Part shown: positions 45,403 through 54,836 of the stretch, piece by piece
Layout of the letters: the number at the start of each line of letters is the position of its first letter
Position numbering within the stretch: position 1 is the stretch's first letter
Source of the DNA: Propionicimonas sp.
Lineage (GTDB): Bacteria > Actinomycetota > Actinomycetes > Propionibacteriales > Propionibacteriaceae
Assembly: GCA_049840415.1 (NCBI GenBank)
Contig: JASGLB010000009.1
Coordinates: 254,778 to 318,777, forward strand
Length of the DNA stretch: 64,000 bases
Direction of reading: 5' to 3'
Made by a program: the position numbers and the translations under genes
The notes under the pieces: generated by a model
What the model was told of the DNA's origin: nothing
Databases searched by the model: none
Seen by the model: only the letters and a program-made list of their open reading frames with translations

Positions 45403-46794
45403 TCAAGGATCCGCTGCCGGACTTGACTGCCTTGCGGTGCCGCCTCGCCGGCGGTCCAGCTGCCACAGTTCGCCTCCCAACCGGGTGGTCCTGTCGGTGC
45501 CATCGGGGGTCAGATCGGTGGTGCCGCCCGGGCCGACCCGGAACACCTGCCCTCTGGGGGACCGCCACCAGAACACTCCCGGACACGGCTGTTCGAGCCT
45601 CCACCCGGCATGGGTCTTGGCCCGATGCGCCCTGCGCGACAGCGGACCGAGATTCGACGGCCGGGTCTGGCCGGCTACGCCTGCCGCATACGGGACGGTG
45701 TGGTCCAGATCCAGTCCGCGTGCCTCCCGGCAGGAGTACGGGAACACGTCGTACCGGTCCCGAGCCACCACCAGGTGCCGCATCCGATCAGGCACCTCGT
45801 AGGCGTCCACCACCGGTTCGGCGCCTCCCAGGTTCACCACCGGGGTCAGCTTGATCCGGTGATGCCCCACGATCCGGGCCAGATCGTCGACCAGCACCGC
45901 ACCCAACCGCTCAACTCTGGCGATCCCGTCATGCTGCAGGTGATCAGCAGCCACGTGCACAAACACCTGCGCCGAGGGACGGTGCCTCCGCCGGCGCGGC
46001 TTCTCCGTCAACGAGGCCTCCATGGTGTCGGTGTCGACACGGTCCAGCAGCGCCAGGACACCCTCCGGATCAGCCATCCTGCCCAACGCTTTCGACCGGA
46101 CGATGTCAACCGGATCGGTGTCACCCAACTCGATCAACGCCGTGGTCACCAACCCCAGCAGGTGCTCGAACGCTCGCACATCGCCGGTGTCAGCCAACGC
46201 CGACATCCACGACAGGGTCGGATCATCAGCATCGGTACCGGTGGTGACATGCCTGGTTTGCTGCCGACCCTGCTGATAGGCGATCACCTTGCCCGGCACG
46301 ACCTGCACAATCGCCGCCCGATACCGGGCCTGAATGCGGCCCCACCCCACTGAACCGATCAGCGGGGCGACCCGGTCATCGGTCAGCGAGCACTCCCCCG
46401 GCTTCATCCCGAACTTCGCCGCGGTCTGGGCGAGTTTGCGGGCCTGCCACAGTGGCATCCGGCCCTCGATCACCGCCGACCACAAGACTTCGTGACGCCA
46501 GTGCAGGTTCACCACGTCTTCGATCAGACCGACCGCAGCTACCTGGGAGATGCCATACAGCGCGGCGATCTCCAACGGCAACGCCTCATCCACTAGGGGG
46601 GTGCCGTCAAAACCGATCCGGATCAGCCGCCCGGCATTCATCTCGAACTCGTCCCCACCGGTCCAGTCGCTTTGCTGGGCCAGTTCCAGGATCACGGCAG
46701 CCTGGCTGGCTTGGGCGGCCCGCTCGGCAGCCACCGCGGCACGCAACCGCCGCACCGCGGCGTCCGGCCGCTGCTCCACCACCTGCTCGATCAT
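45403..46794 (-). CDS. DUF222/13E12-type protein with C-terminal HNH-like nuclease domain
   Basis: RDRYDVFPYS...DLDHTVPY...GQTRPSNLGPLSRRAHRAKTH...WRSPRG; more A/T-ending codons than neighbouring genes. Confidence 0.82.
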   Translation of the reverse strand: MIEQVVEQRPDAAVRRLRAAVAAERAAQASQAAVILELAQQSDWTGGDEFEMNAGRLIRIGFDGTPLVDEALPLEIAALYGISQVAAVGLIEDVVNLHWRHEVLWSAVIEGRMPLWQARKLAQTAAKFGMKPGECSLTDDRVAPLIGSVGWGRIQARYRAAIVQVVPGKVIAYQQGRQQTRHVTTGTDADDPTLSWMSALADTGDVRAFEHLLGLVTTALIELGDTDPVDIVRSKALGRMADPEGVLALLDRVDTDTMEASLTEKPRRRRHRPSAQVFVHVAADHLQHDGIARVERLGAVLVDDLARIVGHHRIKLTPVVNLGGAEPVVDAYEVPDRMRHLVVARDRYDVFPYSCREARGLDLDHTVPYAAGVAGQTRPSNLGPLSRRAHRAKTHAGWRLEQPCPGVFWWRSPRGQVFRVGPGGTTDLTPDGTDRTTRLGGELWQLDRRRGGTARQSSPAADP

Positions 46795-46800
46795 GAAACC

Positions 46801-46822
46801 AGCCTGACAGCCGGGTCTGACA
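46801..46822 (-). promoter_or_regulatory. PafBC/RecA-NDp-like promoter, leaderless
   Basis: TGTCAG-N10-CAGGCT-N6-ATG on the minus strand. Confidence 0.7.
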
Positions 46823-46864
46823 GTTCTTGGCCCCAGCAGCCCGCCAAAGCCAGCTCCCGCGCGC

Positions 46865-47821
46865 TCAGCCTCGCATGGCGACGCCCTTGCGCCAGTAGCC
46901 CATGAAAGCAACCTGGTGGCGGGCGAGGCCCACCTCGCGAACCAGGTGGCGGCGCAGGGTGGTCACCACCCCGCTCTCCCCCGCGATCCAGGCGTAGAGG
47001 CCGGGGATGCCGCGACTGTCCGCCAGTTCCTCACCGAGGCTGGAAAAGTCTGGCGTCTCCCACACCGGGAACTCGGTGTCGGCGTCCTCGATCCGACCGT
47101 GTGGGTGGACGCCGAGGTGCTCGACCACGGCGGGAATGAGCCGGGAACCGAACTCTGTGGCGGCATCGGCGACCCTTCGAGTCTCGCTCGTTCCGAGGGA
47201 ACGCTGGGCGGTGTCCCGGGGCAGCCAGTGGACTTCGAAGCCCGCCGGAACCGGCAGCGGCAGGATGTCGCTTTCGGACGGCACCTCGATGAACGCGTCA
47301 CCGGTCAGGCCGGGCTCGAGGTCGAGCAGGATGCGGGAGATCGCGGGGGCGGCGGTCTCGTCGCCGGCGAGCAGGATCCGCCGGGCTCCGGACGGGCGGA
47401 ACTCGACGCCGCCGGCCACCTCGCCGCGGCGGGGACCGAAGAGCAGTACCTGGTCGCCGGGAGCGGCGGCGCTCGCCCAGCGCGAGGCCGGGCCGGTCAG
47501 GCCGTCCGCCAGGTGCAGGACGAAGTCGACCACCACCCGGGCGTCGCCTCGGTCACCGACCAGATCGCGGATCGAATAGGTGCGCATCACGCCGCGTTCG
47601 GCCTCGGGGATGGCCTGCCACTCCTCCCACCAGTTCTCGCCGAAGGCCAGTTCGGGCAGCCGACCTGAAGTGCCTGGGAAGATCACCTTGATCCGCTGGT
47701 CGAAGGTCTGACCTGGGGTGCCGAAGTCGGCCAGCTCCGGGCCGCCGAACCACACCCGGGTGAAGGCCGGCGAGAGCTGCTCGACCCGGTCGACGGTCGC
47801 CACCGCCAGGGCGCTAGGCAT
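46865..47821 (-). CDS. Siderophore-interacting protein (ViuB family)
   Basis: MRTYSIR, DFVLH, LAGDETAAPA and FMGYWR motifs. Confidence 0.93.
   Translation of the reverse strand: MPSALAVATVDRVEQLSPAFTRVWFGGPELADFGTPGQTFDQRIKVIFPGTSGRLPELAFGENWWEEWQAIPEAERGVMRTYSIRDLVGDRGDARVVVDFVLHLADGLTGPASRWASAAAPGDQVLLFGPRRGEVAGGVEFRPSGARRILLAGDETAAPAISRILLDLEPGLTGDAFIEVPSESDILPLPVPAGFEVHWLPRDTAQRSLGTSETRRVADAATEFGSRLIPAVVEHLGVHPHGRIEDADTEFPVWETPDFSSLGEELADSRGIPGLYAWIAGESGVVTTLRRHLVREVGLARHQVAFMGYWRKGVAMRG
47171..47203. repeat. REP-like element inside the SIP coding sequence
   Basis: GACCCTTCGAGTCTCGCTCGTTCCGAGGGAACG (33 nt) has the same ends as the intergenic copies. Confidence 0.6.
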
Positions 47822-48605
47822 GGTGACGTCCGATCGGAAGCATCAGCGGACGACCTGACACCGGGTCGGTGATCACCCGCGAGTCGAGCCCGAACACCGC
47901 CTGCACGGTCTCCTCCGACAGCACCTCGCTGGGATCCCCCGCCGCGTGGATGCCCCCGTTGGCCATGGCGATCAGGTGATCGGCGTAGCGGGCAGCCAGA
48001 TTCAGGTCGTGCAGCACCATCACGATCGTCGTCCCTCTACTTCTGTTGAGGTCGGTCAGCAGGTCGAGCACCTCCACCTGATGGCTGACGTCGAGGAAGG
48101 TGGTCGGCTCGTCCAGCAACAGTAGTTCGGTGCGCTGGGCGAGCACCATGGCGATCCAGACCCGCTGCCGCTGCCCACCGGAGAGCTCATCGACCGAGCG
48201 GTCGGCCAGGTCGACGGTGTCGGTCGCCTCCAGGGCCTCGGCCACCGCCCGTTCGTCCTCGGCCGACCAGCGGGAGAACACCGCCTGGTGGGGGTGCCGG
48301 CCGCGTCCCACCAGATCGGCGACGGTGATCCCGTCCGGCGCGATCGGTGACTGCGGCAGCAGCCCCAGGGTGCGGGCGAGCTGCTTGGCGGGCATCCGGT
48401 GGACGGCCCTGCCGTCCAGCACCACCTGACCACCCCTGGGTGCCAGCAGCCGGGACATCGACCGCAGCAGGGTCGACTTACCGCAGGCATTGGCGCCGAC
48501 GATGGCGGTCACCCGGCCGGGCGGGACGATCAGGTCCAACTGCTCGATGACCAGTCGATCGCCGTAGCCGGCGCTCAGCTGCTCGGCGGCGAGAGTGGGT
48601 GTCAC
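47814..48605 (-). CDS. Iron-siderophore ABC transporter ATPase (FepC-like)
   Basis: GANACGKST, LSGGQRQRVWIA and HDLNLAARY motifs. Confidence 0.93.
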   Translation of the reverse strand: MTPTLAAEQLSAGYGDRLVIEQLDLIVPPGRVTAIVGANACGKSTLLRSMSRLLAPRGGQVVLDGRAVHRMPAKQLARTLGLLPQSPIAPDGITVADLVGRGRHPHQAVFSRWSAEDERAVAEALEATDTVDLADRSVDELSGGQRQRVWIAMVLAQRTELLLLDEPTTFLDVSHQVEVLDLLTDLNRSRGTTIVMVLHDLNLAARYADHLIAMANGGIHAAGDPSEVLSEETVQAVFGLDSRVITDPVSGRPLMLPIGRHHA

Positions 48606-49633
48606 AGCGTTCCTCCGGCGCGGTTGGTACGGATGATCAGGTAGACCAGGTAGGGGGCGCCCAGCACCCCGGTGACGACGCCGACCGGGAACCGCTGGCC
48701 GAGCGCCCACTGGCCGAGGAAGTCGGCAGTGGCGACCAGCAGCGCCCCAATCAGCCCGGCCGGCACCAGCATCGACCCGTGCGCCACCACCCGGGCGGCG
48801 ATCGGGCCGGAGAGGAAGGCGACGAAGGCCACCGGCCCGGCGGCGGCGGTGCCGAAGGCGATCAACCCGACCGCGGCGACGATCAGCAGGATGCGGGTGC
48901 GGTCGACCCGGACGCCGAGCGCGCTGGCGGTGTCGTCCCCCAGTCGCAGCGCGGCGAGGTTGCGGGCCTGGGAGAGCAGGACGGGGGCGAGCACCGCGAA
49001 CGCCACCGCCACGGTGGCGGCGTCGCCCCAGGTCACCCCGTTCAGGCTGCCGGCCAGCCAGCGCATCGCCTGCTGCAGATCCCATTCGCCGGCCCGCGAC
49101 AGCAGGTAGGCGGTGACCGATTCGAGCATGGCGGCGATCCCGATCCCGACCAGGATCAGCCGGGTTCCCAGCACCCCGGAGCGGAACGACAGGACGTACA
49201 CCAGCAGGGCCACCCCGAGACCGGCGGCGATCGCGAAGACCGACACCTGGGCGTCGGAGAGCCGCAGCACGATGATCGCGAAGGCGGCCGCGGCGCCGGC
49301 GCCGGCGGTGATCCCGATGATGTCGGGGCTGGCCAGTTGGTTGCGCAGCATGGTCTGGAAGGTCACCCCGCCCATGCCGAAGCAGCAGCCGACCAGCACC
49401 GCGATGATCGCCCGGGGTAGCCGCAGTTCCCCCACCGTGAAGCTGGCGCCCGGCACCTGCTGACCGGCGATCACCCGCAGGATCTCGTCGGGGGTGTAGA
49501 AGCTGTGACCGAACATCAGCGAACTGGCGAAGACCGCGGCGATCAGCACACCGAGCACGGTCAGGATGGCCACCCGGCGACGGCCGTGCCCGGAGCGCGT
49601 TGCCCGGACGATCTCCACAGTGGCGGTGCTCAC
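48602..49633 (-). CDS. Iron-siderophore ABC permease (FepG-like)
   Basis: LRLPRA, RNQLASPDIIG and LGDDTASALG motifs. Confidence 0.92.
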   Translation of the reverse strand: MSTATVEIVRATRSGHGRRRVAILTVLGVLIAAVFASSLMFGHSFYTPDEILRVIAGQQVPGASFTVGELRLPRAIIAVLVGCCFGMGGVTFQTMLRNQLASPDIIGITAGAGAAAAFAIIVLRLSDAQVSVFAIAAGLGVALLVYVLSFRSGVLGTRLILVGIGIAAMLESVTAYLLSRAGEWDLQQAMRWLAGSLNGVTWGDAATVAVAFAVLAPVLLSQARNLAALRLGDDTASALGVRVDRTRILLIVAAVGLIAFGTAAAGPVAFVAFLSGPIAARVVAHGSMLVPAGLIGALLVATADFLGQWALGQRFPVGVVTGVLGAPYLVYLIIRTNRAGGTL

Positions 49634-50673
49634 AGTTCACGCACCTTCTGACGGCGGACGATCCAGATGAAGAAGGGCGCCCCGATCAGCGCGGTGATGA
49701 TGCCGACATCCACCTCGGACGGGCGCGCGACCAGGCGTCCGACCACGTCCGAGCCGGTCAGCAGCACCGCGCCGCCGAGGGTCGAGAACGGCAGCAGCCA
49801 GCGGTGGTCGACGCCGATCAGCAGCCGGCAGAGATGCGGGACGACCAGGCCGACGAAGCCGATCGGTCCCGCCACGGCGGTCGCCGCGCCGCACAGCACG
49901 ACCGCGCCGAGCGCGGCCCCGGCGCGGACCAGGGCGACCCGCTCGCCCAGCCCGGCGGCCAGTTCGTCGCCCAGCGCCAGGGAGTTCAGCGCCCGGGCCG
50001 AGAGCAGGCTGATCGCCAGCCCGACGATCAGGAAGGGCAGCACCTGACCGATCGCGTCGAAGTTCCCGCCGCCGACGCCGCCGATCTGCCAGGAGCGCAG
50101 CACGCTGGCGATGTCATTGCGGCCCAGCACCACCGCGGTGATGAAGGAGGCCAGCGCCGCGGAGGTGGCGGCACCGGCCAACGCGAGCTTGAGCGGGGTG
50201 GCGCCGCCGCGTCCCAGCGAGCCGACGGCGTAGACGAACACCGCGGTCACCGCCGCGCCGACGATCGCCGTCCAGATGTAGGCGGAGTAGGTCACCAGGC
50301 CGAACCCGGCCACGCCGACCGCCACCGCCAAGGCCGCGCCGGTGTTCACCCCGAGAATGCCGGGATCGGCCAGCGGGTTGCGGGTCACCCCCTGCATCAC
50401 CGCGCCGGAGAGCCCCAACGCGGCCCCGACCAGCACCGCCAGCAGGGTGCGTGGGATCCGCTTGGTGACGGCCGCCCGCTCGAAGGTGTCCGCGGCGCCG
50501 CCGAAGGCGGCCCAGATGTCACCCCAGGCCACCTCGCGGGAGCCCACCGCGATCGAGGCCGCGACCACCGCTAGCAGGACGACCAACAGCACCAGCAGCC
50601 ACAGGGTGCGGGCGCGAGCCGGGCGTCGCACGATGGCGACGCCCGGCGGCACAACGGGTGCTGCGGTGACCAC
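49630..50673 (-). CDS. Iron-siderophore ABC permease (FepD-like)
   Basis: RIPRT, TRNPLADPGILG and FVGLVVPH motifs. Confidence 0.92.
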   Translation of the reverse strand: MVTAAPVVPPGVAIVRRPARARTLWLLVLLVVLLAVVAASIAVGSREVAWGDIWAAFGGAADTFERAAVTKRIPRTLLAVLVGAALGLSGAVMQGVTRNPLADPGILGVNTGAALAVAVGVAGFGLVTYSAYIWTAIVGAAVTAVFVYAVGSLGRGGATPLKLALAGAATSAALASFITAVVLGRNDIASVLRSWQIGGVGGGNFDAIGQVLPFLIVGLAISLLSARALNSLALGDELAAGLGERVALVRAGAALGAVVLCGAATAVAGPIGFVGLVVPHLCRLLIGVDHRWLLPFSTLGGAVLLTGSDVVGRLVARPSEVDVGIITALIGAPFFIWIVRRQKVREL

Positions 50674-50678
50674 GTCCC

Positions 50679-51737
50679 TTACTTGGACTTCTCCGCGGCG
50701 GTCACCAACTCGTTGACGTACCAGTCCAGCAGGTACGGCAACTGCAACGGGGTCGGGTTCGCCGCGGTGGCGTTCGCGCTGGAGCCGTCCAGCAGCACCA
50801 CCGAGTCGTTGGCGATCGCCGGCATCAGACCGAGCAGCGGATCGGCCTTCAGGGCATCGATCATGGCCTGGTCGCCGTAGGTGACGATCAGGTCGACGTC
50901 GTTGAAGGTGTCGGCATTCTCAGCGCTCACCGAGCCGGCGAACGGATTGGCCGGATCGGGCTCGAAGGCGGCGATGCTGGCCGGGGTCTTCAACCCCAGG
51001 TCGCTGAAGAACTGCACCCGGGTGTCGGCGGGGGTGTAGAAGTTCACCACACTGAGGTCGGTGACATCGACGTGGGTGAGGAACATCACCGAGGTCTCGG
51101 CCAGCACCGGGTTGGCCTGCGCGGCGGCCTTGATCTTGCCCTCCAGGTCGGCGATCAGGGCGTCGCCCTCGGCCGGCATGCCCATGCCGGCCGCGTTGAG
51201 CTTGATCATCTCCCGCCAGGAGGTGGTCCACGGCGTCGACGGGAAGGCCACCGTCGGCGCGATCTTGGAGAGGGTGTCGTAGTCCTCCTGGGTGAGGCCG
51301 GAGTAGGCGGCCAGGATGACATCGGGGTTGGTGTCGGCGACCGCCTCGAAGTCGATGCCGTCGCTCTCGTCGAACAGCACCGGGGTCTGCGCGCCCAACT
51401 CGTCCAGCTTCTCCTTCACCCAGGGCAGCAGTCCGTCGCCGTCCGGATCGGCGAAGTTCGCCGCCGCCATGCCGACCGGCACGACACCGAGCGAGAGCGG
51501 AACCTCGTGGTTGGCCCAGGCCACCGTCGCCACCCGCTCGGGCTTGGCGGTAAGGGTGGTGGTGCCGAAGGCGTGTTCGATGGTGACCGGGTAGCCGCCG
51601 TCGACCGGCGCCGAACTGGACGGGGCCGGGCTGGTCGGGCTTTCGGACGGGCCTGCCGGGGTGGCGGGCGAGCAGGCGGCGAGCGACATGGTGGCCACAC
51701 CGGCCACCAGCGCCGCCCAGAGACGGGGCATCCGCAT
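50679..51737 (-). CDS. Iron-siderophore ABC substrate-binding lipoprotein
   Basis: Lipobox LAAC; YPVTIEHAFG; IDFEAVADTNPDVIL. Confidence 0.93.
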   Translation of the reverse strand: MRMPRLWAALVAGVATMSLAACSPATPAGPSESPTSPAPSSSAPVDGGYPVTIEHAFGTTTLTAKPERVATVAWANHEVPLSLGVVPVGMAAANFADPDGDGLLPWVKEKLDELGAQTPVLFDESDGIDFEAVADTNPDVILAAYSGLTQEDYDTLSKIAPTVAFPSTPWTTSWREMIKLNAAGMGMPAEGDALIADLEGKIKAAAQANPVLAETSVMFLTHVDVTDLSVVNFYTPADTRVQFFSDLGLKTPASIAAFEPDPANPFAGSVSAENADTFNDVDLIVTYGDQAMIDALKADPLLGLMPAIANDSVVLLDGSSANATAANPTPLQLPYLLDWYVNELVTAAEKSK

Positions 51738-51767
51738 CGGACGTCCTTTCACGAAGACTCAGGTCAG

Positions 51768-51786
51768 TTAGGTTTGCCTAACCTCA
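51768..51786. promoter_or_regulatory. DtxR/IdeR iron box
   Basis: TTAGGTTTGCCTAACCTCA versus consensus TTAGGTTAGGCTAACCTAA, upstream of the siderophore operon. Confidence 0.88.
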
Positions 51787-51909
51787 ACTGCACCCTAGCG
51801 AATTAGCTAACGCCCCTCGCACCTAATTCCATCGGGTGGACCCGCCGCCACCACCGTCCCCGCTTCCGGCGACGACTAGGGTGTCAGCCAACGAGGAAAG
51901 GTGAGCGCC

Positions 51910-52266
51910 ATGAACGAGCGGGTCTTCGCGATGAGCTTCGCCAGCATCTATCCGCTCTACGTCGAGAAGGTGGAGCGGAAGGGGCGCGCCCGCACCGAGC
52001 TGGATCAGGTGCTCAGCTGGCTGACCGGCTACGACGATGCCGGGCTGCGGCGGGTGATCGCCGACGGCGTCGATCTGCGGACCTTCTTCGCCCAGGCGCC
52101 GGCGATGAATCCCAACACCTCCCTGATCACCGGGGTGATCTGCGGCTACCGGGTGGAGGACATCAAGGATCCGCTGATGCAGCAGATCCGGTACATGGAC
52201 AAGCTGGTGGACGAGCTGGCCCGCGGCAAGAAGCTGGCGTCCATCCTGCGGGGCAGCACACCCTAG
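51910..52266 (+). CDS. DUF2200 family protein
   Basis: FASIYPLYVEKVERKGR...ITGVICGYRVE...RYMDKLVDELARGK. Confidence 0.88.
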   Translation: MNERVFAMSFASIYPLYVEKVERKGRARTELDQVLSWLTGYDDAGLRRVIADGVDLRTFFAQAPAMNPNTSLITGVICGYRVEDIKDPLMQQIRYMDKLVDELARGKKLASILRGSTP

Positions 52267-53129
52267 ATCAGCATCACCAGGGTGCCGATCACGATCGCGG
52301 CCAGCCCGGCCCAGGCCCGGCTGCCGAGCCGCTCGCGGTAGACCGCCACTGCGAACCCCACGGTCACCAGGATGCTCAACCGGTCGATCGGCGCCACCAG
52401 GCTGGCCGGGCCCTCCTGCATGGCCCGCCAGTAGCAGAGCCAGGAGGCGCCGGTGGCCAGGCCCGAGGCGGCGATGAACCACAGTTCGCGGCGCGGGACG
52501 GCGCGCAGCCGGTGGTGCTCGCCGGTGAGGAACACCACCAGCCAGGCCATCACCAGCACCACGGCGGTCCGGATCGCGGTGCCCAGGTTCGACTCCACCT
52601 CGACGATGCCGACCTTGCCGAGGATCGCGGTGAGGGCGGCGAAGATCGCCGAGCCGGCCGCGTACCACAGCCAGCCCCGGCCGGCGGCGGTCGGTTCGCC
52701 CGGCTTGGGCCGCTCGATCATGGCGTAGGTGCCGAGGGTGATCAGGGCGATCCCGGCCAGCCGGGTCGGCAGCTGGTCGGTCTCCCCCAGCAGCGCCATG
52801 GCGAACAGCACGGTGAGCACGATGCTCGACTTGTCCACCGCGGTGACCCCGCTGACCGGGCCCAACTGCAGGGCCCGGAAGTAGCACAGCCACGAGGCGC
52901 CGGTGGCCAGCCCGGAGAGGACCAGAAAGAGCAGCGCATCGGGGCTGATCCGCGTGATGGTCGATTGCGAGCCGACCACGAAGACCATCCCGACCGCGCT
53001 GACCAGCACCACTATGGTGCGCAACCCGGTCGCGAGATGGGACGGGGTGTGCGCCACCCCCGCCTTGGCCAGGATCGCGGTCAGCCCGGCGAAGAACGCC
53101 GAGCCGATGGCGAAGGCGATCCAGGTCAC
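52263..53129 (-). CDS. EamA/DMT transporter
   Basis: Two repeats of FAxLTAILxK...SGLATGASWLCY. Confidence 0.9.
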   Translation of the reverse strand: MTWIAFAIGSAFFAGLTAILAKAGVAHTPSHLATGLRTIVVLVSAVGMVFVVGSQSTITRISPDALLFLVLSGLATGASWLCYFRALQLGPVSGVTAVDKSSIVLTVLFAMALLGETDQLPTRLAGIALITLGTYAMIERPKPGEPTAAGRGWLWYAAGSAIFAALTAILGKVGIVEVESNLGTAIRTAVVLVMAWLVVFLTGEHHRLRAVPRRELWFIAASGLATGASWLCYWRAMQEGPASLVAPIDRLSILVTVGFAVAVYRERLGSRAWAGLAAIVIGTLVMLI

Positions 53130-53223
53130 CGCACCGCGCTCCTGCTCACGGCCCCGAGCCTACGCCGGAACGGACGCCGAACTGCCGGGCGGCCAGCCGC
53201 CCGGCAGTCGCTGGCGCCGATCG

Positions 53224-54168
53224 CTACTTGAACGACTGCGGTATCCGCTCGGTGCCCAGCACTCGCACCACGTCCGCCGGCAATTCTCGGACGATGCGCC
53301 GCTCGAGGTACACCCCGGTGTAGATCGGCTCTCCGTCCGCGGTGGACAACTCGGCCAGCAGTTGGGTGTCCACGGGATCGAGGAACATCGAGGTCACCAC
53401 GCCCGGGCGATTCGCCTCGTCGACGAACCTGACCTCGGTTGCCGGACGGCCCTGCGGGTCGGTGGTCCGCTCGATGACGGTCACGCCCGCCACCCCGGCG
53501 AGCATCCGGATCGCCGCGGCCCGGGTCGCCGCCGGGGTGGCCTCGAAGGTCAGGCTGTCCTTCACCGCCACGAACAGGGCCTCGTCGATCGAGTTGGAGC
53601 CCATCACCCGCGCCCGCAGGTAGGCCTCCATCACGGTCGGATTGGCGGGGACCAGGTTGAGGTCGTAGTTCCGGGGCACCGGCTGGAAGAGGTGGTAGCC
53701 CGGGTCGTCGCCGGTCTGGTGGGCCCAGGCCCAGCCGTCGGCCGCGAGCCAGGTGCTGCGTTCGCTGCGGTAGGACTCGTTGCCGTTCTCGGTCTCCACC
53801 AGTCCGGTGGAGCGTTCGACCGTCAACTGGAAGGACCCTTCCGGGATCGGGACGTTGGCGGGCACCGCGCCGGCCAGCCGGTCCAGCGCGGCGGCGGCCT
53901 GCGGGCTGCCGGGCGAGCCCAGCGGCAGCAGCACCTGGACGAACAGGCCGGTGGCGGCGATCAAGGCGATCGCGGCGGCCACCAGCCCCCAGCGGGAGCG
54001 GCGACGCGGTAGCAGCCGGTTTGGTGCCGTGGTGGGCCGCGGCGCGGTCATCACCTGCCGCAGCACCTGCTCACGGCGGCCGATGTACCAGCCCTGGTCG
54101 ATGGTGTCGGTGTCGGGGCGGGCGGAGATCAGGGCGTCCATCGCCTGATCGGGAGAGATTCTGGTCAT
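53224..54168 (-). CDS. CU044_5270-like single-TM protein (putative anti-sigma partner)
   Basis: One TM segment followed by RAAAIRMLAGVAGV...TDPQGRPA; directly after the ECF sigma gene. Confidence 0.7.
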   Translation of the reverse strand: MTRISPDQAMDALISARPDTDTIDQGWYIGRREQVLRQVMTAPRPTTAPNRLLPRRRSRWGLVAAAIALIAATGLFVQVLLPLGSPGSPQAAAALDRLAGAVPANVPIPEGSFQLTVERSTGLVETENGNESYRSERSTWLAADGWAWAHQTGDDPGYHLFQPVPRNYDLNLVPANPTVMEAYLRARVMGSNSIDEALFVAVKDSLTFEATPAATRAAAIRMLAGVAGVTVIERTTDPQGRPATEVRFVDEANRPGVVTSMFLDPVDTQLLAELSTADGEPIYTGVYLERRIVRELPADVVRVLGTERIPQSFK

Positions 54169-54169
54169 G

Positions 54170-54712
54170 TCAGTGCGCTTCCGTTACGAGTCGAAACTGG
54201 GGGTGGGAGGCCTCGGCGGGGTCGCTGAGGCGGTCGGCCAGGCGCCGTCGGGCGCGACTGAGCCGGGTGCGGGCGGCGGCCACCGAACAGCCCAGGACGG
54301 TGGCGATGCCGGCGGAGTCCAGGCCGTCCCAGCCGGCCAGCAGCAGCACCTCCTGATCGTCCGGGCTGAGCCCGCCGACCGCCCGCAGCAGGTCGGCCCG
54401 CTCGACCGCCTGGCCGGCGCAGTCCGGCGCGGCCAGGTGGTTGAGCTCGGCCCATTCCGCGGTCAGCCGGCGACGTCGGTCACGGGCCCGCCAGGAGTTG
54501 GCCAGCACGTTGCGGGCCGTCCCGATCAACCAGGGCACCGGCTCGGCGGGCACGGCGTCGAACCGCGTCCAGGCGGTCAGGTAGACCTCGGCGAGCACGT
54601 CGTCGCAGTCGTCCTCGGAGCAGTAGCGGCGGACGTAGGCGTACACCCGGGGACTGGTCCGCAGGTACCAGGCCCGGAACTCCGCCTCGCTGCGCGCTGA
54701 GTGGTTGTCCAT
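54170..54712 (-). CDS. ECF sigma-70 factor
   Basis: VYAYVRR...PWLIGTARNVLAN...DQEVLLLAGWDGL...RTRLSRARRRL. Confidence 0.92.
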   Translation of the reverse strand: MDNHSARSEAEFRAWYLRTSPRVYAYVRRYCSEDDCDDVLAEVYLTAWTRFDAVPAEPVPWLIGTARNVLANSWRARDRRRRLTAEWAELNHLAAPDCAGQAVERADLLRAVGGLSPDDQEVLLLAGWDGLDSAGIATVLGCSVAAARTRLSRARRRLADRLSDPAEASHPQFRLVTEAH

Positions 54713-54836
54713 GCCCCTGTAGTGTTCGCTCGACACCGAGCATGACACGCCGACCCCGGACTTCTTCGGAACCGCCGGAAGAAGGGAGGCCGATGGCCCC
54801 GCCGCCGTGCCGCGAGCCGGCGTCCAGCGTCGAACG

